Positions 58,766 to 64,000 of a stretch of DNA of 64,000 nucleotides are shown in pieces. The DNA lies in assembly GCA_048939245.1 (NCBI GenBank), contig JBHLPR010000005.1:1-64000 (forward strand), read 5' to 3'. The DNA is from Promethearchaeota archaeon (GTDB taxonomy: Archaea > Asgardarchaeota > Hermodarchaeia > Hermodarchaeales > Hermodarchaeaceae). Position numbers and translations under genes: made by a program. The stretch's first letter is position 1; the number at the start of each line of letters is the position of its first letter. The notes under the pieces were generated by a model, which saw only the letters and a program-made list of their open reading frames with translations, did not search any database and was not told the origin of the DNA.

Positions 58766-59284
58766 TTGAATTTGAAGACGCCGGCCCTTTTTATTGGAAG
58801 ATTTCAACCATTCCATATTGGCCATCTCTACGCTTTAAAGGAAATTCTCTCCAAGGAAAACCAGGTCTTCATCGTTATCGGAAGTGCCCAAGCCAGCTAT
58901 ACTCCAGAAAATCCCTTTACTACCGCGGAACGACTAAGGATGGTTCAAAGCGTTCTTGAAGAAGAGAAGATTCCTTGTACGCGATTTCAGATAATCCCCG
59001 TCCCAGATGCCCACAATTTCACACTTTGGGTAGAACATATTAAACGATATGTACCTCCGTTTAGTATGGTATATACTGGTTCTGAAACGAGTGCATCTCT
59101 TTTTTCGGATCAAAGCATCTCCGTTACAAAAATTTCTTTGTACAAAAAGAATCTCTATTCGGGAACCGAGATTCGTCGTAGGATGCTTAAAGGGAATGAC
59201 TGGAAACACCTAGTTCCTGATTGTGTGGTTAAATTGATTGATGAATTTGATGGAGCAAATCGGGTAAAATCTCTTAGTTACTAG
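58766..59284 (+). CDS. nadM: Nicotinamide-nucleotide adenylyltransferase
   Basis: FIGRFQPFHIGH, NPFTTAER, SGTEIR. Confidence 0.95.
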   Translation: MNLKTPALFIGRFQPFHIGHLYALKEILSKENQVFIVIGSAQASYTPENPFTTAERLRMVQSVLEEEKIPCTRFQIIPVPDAHNFTLWVEHIKRYVPPFSMVYTGSETSASLFSDQSISVTKISLYKKNLYSGTEIRRRMLKGNDWKHLVPDCVVKLIDEFDGANRVKSLSY

Positions 59285-61466
59285 CACTGGAACCACGGAC
59301 AAGTTCCAGAATTCGCTGGAAAATTTGTTGCCGCCGATCTTTGGCAGATCGATAGAGTCGTTCAACAATTAACTCGGGTGTTGATTTCGCGATTTTACCA
59401 AATTTGGGTGAACGATTCACAATTAAATTCAATTGAGGATCTAACCCTGTGGCTTCGATACCATCAACGCGAATTGGGATACGAGCTAATTGAGTGATAT
59501 CTTCTGCTAAATGGGAGACAAATATTACGCAGGAGTTTGGATTTTCTGAGAAGAGCTCTAGAACTGCGGCGACAACTTTCGCGGCAGCACCAGGTTCGGT
59601 GCTAGCCTCCCATTCATCGAAACATGCTAATTTGGATGCATCGCTGAGAACTATGTTAGCTAGATTATTCAATGAAGATTCAAATGCACCTGCAGAAAGC
59701 ATTCCTGTTGCTTTAGCATAATAGTATAATTCATCGAAAACGCTCACCTCTGCTTTTGATGCGGGAACTAGCATTCCCATTTGTGTAAGAATTGCTATTT
59801 GCGCAACATTTTGCAGTAAACAGCTCTTTCCCCCACTGTTGGCCCCGGATAGTAATACGACTCGTTCTCCGCTGGTTGATTCTGGGCTCCATCCATTTCT
59901 ACCAATTGTATACGAAACGGGAACGACCTTAAATTTCGTTTCAAGAGCCTGATGTGTTAGGAAAATATTTCTACCCTCTTGGAATGTAATTCCAACGCTA
60001 TCCGGATTTATTGAGGGAACTGAGAGCTGGTAGTCCCGAGCGAACTGCCCTATTGCTTGAAACACGTCAAAATCTAAGAGCGTTTGAACAGCATGTTTGA
60101 TTGTTTGTTCGAACTGACTAAGCTTCATAGCAATTTCAGTTTTTAATTTATGCTCCCGTGAATGCATTGCTCTTCGCAAATTATTTTGTAAGTTACTCGC
60201 TTGCTGACGATTTGCTTGAATAGGTAATACGATACTCTGTGAAAAAATACCATCAACCCATTCGAGTTCATCGCGCTTGAGTTGTAATATTTGGGCTAAG
60301 TGGTCTTCTGATTCTTGTAATGCATTAACTAGAATCTCAAAGACTTGAGGTGGGAGATACTGGCGAAGTTGCTCTGCACCGATCGCTTCAGCCGTTGAGG
60401 CTTCCAGAATGTTGATAATCTGGTCACCTTCCAACACAACTTTGCTAGTAGATATTTCATTCCGAATCTTATCATTAGCCCAAATTTCTGTTTCACTCAG
60501 TTTCGTCTCAAATTTTTGTGACGCAGATCGTAATCGATCATAGTCAGCATCTGCACCAATCGAAATGTCCCCAGAACTTGTTATTTTACCAACGATTTCA
60601 ACCAAATTATTTAGAGCAAGAAGGTCAATTTTTTCATTAAAGCCTTCTAGAGCTGGGGTGGAAGGAAGTCTACTCATTGCTTCGGCTGCTGCACAAATAG
60701 CCATGATTGTTTCATGGTTTGTTGCATAAAAGGCGATTATCGTTTCAGGTGTTACATCAGCCATGGTGAATTCAGATTTCAGTATCTCGAGGTTGTTAGC
60801 TTGTTCTGCTGCCCCACCCATATTCCCCATTTCGAGTGATGCAATTACGTAATCGTACGATTGTAAATATTCGTCTAGACGTTCACCAGGTTTGAGCTGG
60901 ATGATTCTTGAAGTTTTGTCGGCTCTGAATTCTTTCAGTTGCTGATATGCTGTCTCGTTATCTGTCAATATAACTCTCCAAGTTGCTAATGACAGATTTG
61001 CTCCACGTCTTAACGGTCGAGCGTTGGAGAGAAGCTGGCCCAATTGATTGAGTTGTTCTTGATTACATTTCTCCACTAGTTCTTTTGCCTGTTGGAACCA
61101 TTTTAAGCGCTGATTTATGATATCGATTTTTGTTGATGGTAGAGGATAATAGAGTGACATTTTGTCTTTAGCGAACAGGCTATTTGCATATGATTGGATA
61201 AGAGTGAGGATTCGTTTGTAAATTTCTTGGATATCTTCGGTTTTTAGCACTTCAAATGCACTAATTCCTTCTCGGATGGCATATGCCTCTTGCACGATAT
61301 CAAGAGCTTTTTTCTTTCCCACACCAGATATACTGGCGAGGGTGGCCACTTGTGCATTTGTAATGATATCTAGTGCAGCTTCTTCAGATCCGAATATTCC
61401 AACTAATTTCTGAATCAATCGTGGTCCTACACCTGGAATTTGGTCGAGTCGTTCAAGCTCTGACAA
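59274..61466 (-). CDS. Archaeal MutS-like ATPase with N-terminal HhH motifs
   Basis: IPGVGP/ISGVGKK HhH, GANSGGKS Walker A, SAGAFES, DEWEASTEPGAA. Confidence 0.88.
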   Translation of the reverse strand: MSELERLDQIPGVGPRLIQKLVGIFGSEEAALDIITNAQVATLASISGVGKKKALDIVQEAYAIREGISAFEVLKTEDIQEIYKRILTLIQSYANSLFAKDKMSLYYPLPSTKIDIINQRLKWFQQAKELVEKCNQEQLNQLGQLLSNARPLRRGANLSLATWRVILTDNETAYQQLKEFRADKTSRIIQLKPGERLDEYLQSYDYVIASLEMGNMGGAAEQANNLEILKSEFTMADVTPETIIAFYATNHETIMAICAAAEAMSRLPSTPALEGFNEKIDLLALNNLVEIVGKITSSGDISIGADADYDRLRSASQKFETKLSETEIWANDKIRNEISTSKVVLEGDQIINILEASTAEAIGAEQLRQYLPPQVFEILVNALQESEDHLAQILQLKRDELEWVDGIFSQSIVLPIQANRQQASNLQNNLRRAMHSREHKLKTEIAMKLSQFEQTIKHAVQTLLDFDVFQAIGQFARDYQLSVPSINPDSVGITFQEGRNIFLTHQALETKFKVVPVSYTIGRNGWSPESTSGERVVLLSGANSGGKSCLLQNVAQIAILTQMGMLVPASKAEVSVFDELYYYAKATGMLSAGAFESSLNNLANIVLSDASKLACFDEWEASTEPGAAAKVVAAVLELFSENPNSCVIFVSHLAEDITQLARIPIRVDGIEATGLDPQLNLIVNRSPKFGKIAKSTPELIVERLYRSAKDRRQQIFQRILELVRGSSASN

Positions 61467-61518
61467 ACAGTTTCCTCCCTTAATACACAGAATCTTAGAT
61501 ACCGTATTTAATTTCTAC

Positions 61519-63124
61519 CCGTTGTCCGAAACCTACCCATCTAATACAGCTGCTTGTATGGTGTTCGGTTCCTGCATCATCGACGGGCACTGCCCCCCAT
61601 AGGAGCTGTCACCTCCCGCCTCACGCCAGGCGTTTAGCGTCTCCGTGCAACTCACGGCGACCTTAACTAAATTATAACTAGCATTCACATCCCGGTCTAA
61701 GTTAACCCCGCATCGATTACACACAAAGACACGGGCAGATAACGCCAAATGCTCTTTTATCTCTCCGCATTGAGAACACTGTTTCGATGATGGATAGAAC
61801 CGGGGTGCCACTAGTAATTGTGACCCATACCACCTGGTTTTATAAATCAGTTGGCGACGAAACTCAAAGAACCCTACGTCCGCGACTGCTTTAGCCAACT
61901 GCGGATGCCGCTTCATCCCCGCCACATTCAGATCTTCAACCACGATGACTGACTTGGTTCTCGCCAGCATTGAGGTGACCTTGTGGAGAGCATCCCTGCG
62001 AATATTTGTGATTCGTCTATGCAACCGTTGTAACCGACGTACTGTTCTCATACGATTCCTGCTCCCTCGCTTTTTCCTTGCGAGAGACCGCTGTACGCGT
62101 CTCAGTTTTCGTTCAAAACGGAATAATACTCGAGGATTTTCATGCACGGTTCCATCGGATACAACGGCTAATCGGTGAAGCCCTAAATCCACTCCCACTA
62201 CAGGACCCCGATTCTCAGGAACCACCAAGGCTTCTCGTACTAGCAGCGAGACAAACCACCGACCAGCTTGTTCTGACAGTGTTGCTGAAAGGATGTGTAC
62301 TTGATCGGTTTCTGAAGGCAGATAGTTTTGCTCCTTCAGTCGGAGTCGCCCTAAACGGGGAAGTTGGATTACGTGTGGATAGACCCGAATTCTCCCCGTC
62401 AGGCGGAAGGACCTACTGCCACGTTTTCGGGACTTAAATTTTGGGAAGCCCGGAGGGTCACCACTCTTCAATCGACGATAGAAATGGGCGAAGGCTCGAT
62501 CAAGATTGCGGAGGGCTTCTTGAGGGGCGCACTTGGAGACCTCGTACATCCAGGGGAAGTCAGTTGATTTTAACTGGTTTAACTCGCGATGTAAGGTGAT
62601 TGCATTGGGTGATTTGCCGGTTTGTTGGTATTGGGCTATTTTCCGTCGGAGTCCCCAGTTGTAGGCGAATCGGGCACAGCCGGCATGTTTGCGGCAGAGG
62701 GTGCGTTGTCGCTTGTTCAGTTTTAACTCAGTCTTGTAGGCGCGATAAACGATTTTATATTCTCTTGGTCTGCTTGGTAACCGGGAAAAAAGCGGCGGAT
62801 AGGAGCCGGTAGGAGAGATAGCCGTATGCTCTGTGGCGGATTTGCCTGGGCTTTTCATAGTCTCGGGTCCTGCTGGGATTGGTTTCTGGATGTCATATGC
62901 TTGAGAGGGGTTTTTATGGGTGACAGACCCCGAGGGATGGGTGAATGAGGTGGGGTGAGATTCTGTAGGGCTTTGGTGTTGTGGCGGGGATGATGGAGAT
63001 TCTTTTGCGGATAGGTGACCTGATTTGTCCACAAAAGGGCAGAACCACTCCAACCGTTGAACGCTCCCTTCGTAGAAGTGTACAAATGCCTTTATAAGGA
63101 GCTATGGAATTTCACTGAACTTAT
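61519..63124 (-). mobile_element. Non-autonomous tnpB-only insertion sequence (IS200/605-IS607 superfamily); left end uncertain
   Basis: GC shift to ~50%, tnpB ORF, structured 3' end finishing ...GTAGGTTTCGGACAACGG at ~61519, no tnpA. Left boundary is a tentative guess. Confidence 0.7.
61533..63053 (-). CDS. tnpB: RNA-guided endonuclease TnpB (start uncertain: 63053, 62858 or near 62757)
   Basis: RAYKTEL...HAGCARFAYNWGL, GFPKFK, RuvC D (VGVDLG), E (VVEDL), Zn finger CSQC/CNRC, D (DRDVNA). Confidence 0.95.
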   Translation of the reverse strand: MEWFCPFVDKSGHLSAKESPSSPPQHQSPTESHPTSFTHPSGSVTHKNPSQAYDIQKPIPAGPETMKSPGKSATEHTAISPTGSYPPLFSRLPSRPREYKIVYRAYKTELKLNKRQRTLCRKHAGCARFAYNWGLRRKIAQYQQTGKSPNAITLHRELNQLKSTDFPWMYEVSKCAPQEALRNLDRAFAHFYRRLKSGDPPGFPKFKSRKRGSRSFRLTGRIRVYPHVIQLPRLGRLRLKEQNYLPSETDQVHILSATLSEQAGRWFVSLLVREALVVPENRGPVVGVDLGLHRLAVVSDGTVHENPRVLFRFERKLRRVQRSLARKKRGSRNRMRTVRRLQRLHRRITNIRRDALHKVTSMLARTKSVIVVEDLNVAGMKRHPQLAKAVADVGFFEFRRQLIYKTRWYGSQLLVAPRFYPSSKQCSQCGEIKEHLALSARVFVCNRCGVNLDRDVNASYNLVKVAVSCTETLNAWREAGGDSSYGGQCPSMMQEPNTIQAAVLDG

Positions 63125-63158
63125 CCCCTACAGACTTCGAGGTTTGTAAACAGTGACG

Positions 63159-64000
63159 ATGATTCTTTATTTGGCATTAATCGGGCTTCTTGCGGCCTTC
63201 ATTGTGACTTTCTTAGTAATGCCATATATTATCAAAGCCATGAAGCGGAGGGGCATTATTGGCATCGACGTTCACAAATTGGACAGACCTGAAGTTGCTG
63301 AAATGGGCGGCCTCGGAATTCTCTTAGGTGTTGCAATTGCGTGTCTCGTGGTATTCCTTGGTTCAGGATTTATTGGTTTAGGAGTTTTTGATTTCAGGAT
63401 TTTAATTTTCCTTATGGTTCTCCTCATAGCAGGAATGATTGGGGCAATTGATGATTTGAAACCACTTGGACCAAAGGTTAAACCGCTTCTTACAACCCTG
63501 GCATGCCTTCCTATTCTTTTCTATACTTGGATACTGATTCTGTTAGATATAATTCCACCCTTCTTGCCTACGTATGTTCCAGCGCCCTATCTGCCTTTCT
63601 TGGGTGCAACCCGATTAACAATTGTTTATCCTTTTATCCTAATTCCACTGGCTATCGCCGTCACATCTAACGCTGTGAATATGTCCGACGTTTTCAATGG
63701 AGTGATGCCTCTTACCACGATTATCATTTTTGCAGCTCTTCTGATAGTGTCACTATTTATGATGGTCATAGGAATCCCAGAAGCAGGATTAGGTCTTTTG
63801 CTTTGCAGTGTGATGCTTGGTGCCCTTTTCGCCTATTACTATTACAATCGTAACCCTGCACAAGTGTTTGCAGGTGATACGGGTTCACTTCTTGTGGGTG
63901 CAGCGGTAGGTGCTATAGCTATTCTGGGGCGCTTAGAGATTGTAGCCATAATTGCGCTTTTACCAGCAATTATGAATGCGTTTTATAGTTTGGTAAGTAT
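63159..64000 (+). CDS. aglH: UDP-GlcNAc:dolichyl-phosphate GlcNAc-1-P transferase (MraY/GPT family), truncated by the window end
   Basis: GIDVHKLDRPEVAEMGG, GAIDD, SNAVNMSDVFNG, PAQVFAGDTGS; not in the ORF track (no stop in window). Confidence 0.85.
   Translation, partial: MILYLALIGLLAAFIVTFLVMPYIIKAMKRRGIIGIDVHKLDRPEVAEMGGLGILLGVAIACLVVFLGSGFIGLGVFDFRILIFLMVLLIAGMIGAIDDLKPLGPKVKPLLTTLACLPILFYTWILILLDIIPPFLPTYVPAPYLPFLGATRLTIVYPFILIPLAIAVTSNAVNMSDVFNGVMPLTTIIIFAALLIVSLFMMVIGIPEAGLGLLLCSVMLGALFAYYYYNRNPAQVFAGDTGSLLVGAAVGAIAILGRLEIVAIIALLPAIMNAFYSLVS

Noticed and set aside
1192-63085. Many short ORF-track ORFs antisense to or overlapping real genes (e.g. 1192-2955, 25129-25656, 46740-48241, 58170-58580)
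   Set aside because: Shadow frames of well-supported genes with no recognisable motifs.
62760-63124. Group I intron (IStron) at the 5' end of the tnpB element
   Set aside because: No recognisable group I core seen, and the element is intergenic.
1-64000. CRISPR array, rRNA, provirus or defence island
   Set aside because: No regularly spaced repeats, rRNA-like tracts, integrase, viral or defence genes were seen.

Overview
Gene-dense (~40% GC) archaeal chromosome segment, most likely from an Asgard archaeon: it encodes profilin, four roadblock/LC7 proteins with an MglA-like GTPase, a Rab-like GTPase and an EMC6-like protein among typical archaeal housekeeping genes (smc, nurA/herA, ileS, nucS, rqcH, cca, iorAB, fae-hps, lig, thermosome, rpoK, psmB, rtcA, aglH). 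The main discovery is structure the ORF track misses. (1) The Rab-like GTPase gene (17710-18255) is interrupted inside its switch-I Thr codon by a 30-nt, stop-containing segment (17832-17861). This segment folds into a bulge-helix-bulge (BHB) motif supported by a long exon-exon helix, so it is a candidate tRNA-type mRNA intron in a eukaryotic-signature gene. (2) Directly downstream of ileS is a two-intron tRNA whose spliced anticodon is UAU (tRNA-Ile(UAU), very rare in archaea), with a compensated A19-U56 elbow pair. All three tRNA genes in the window carry BHB introns (5 in total, 2 at non-canonical positions). A solo, catalytically intact TnpB element with a long low-complexity N-terminal extension sits near the right end. 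All calls come from reading the sequence by eye; no searches were run.
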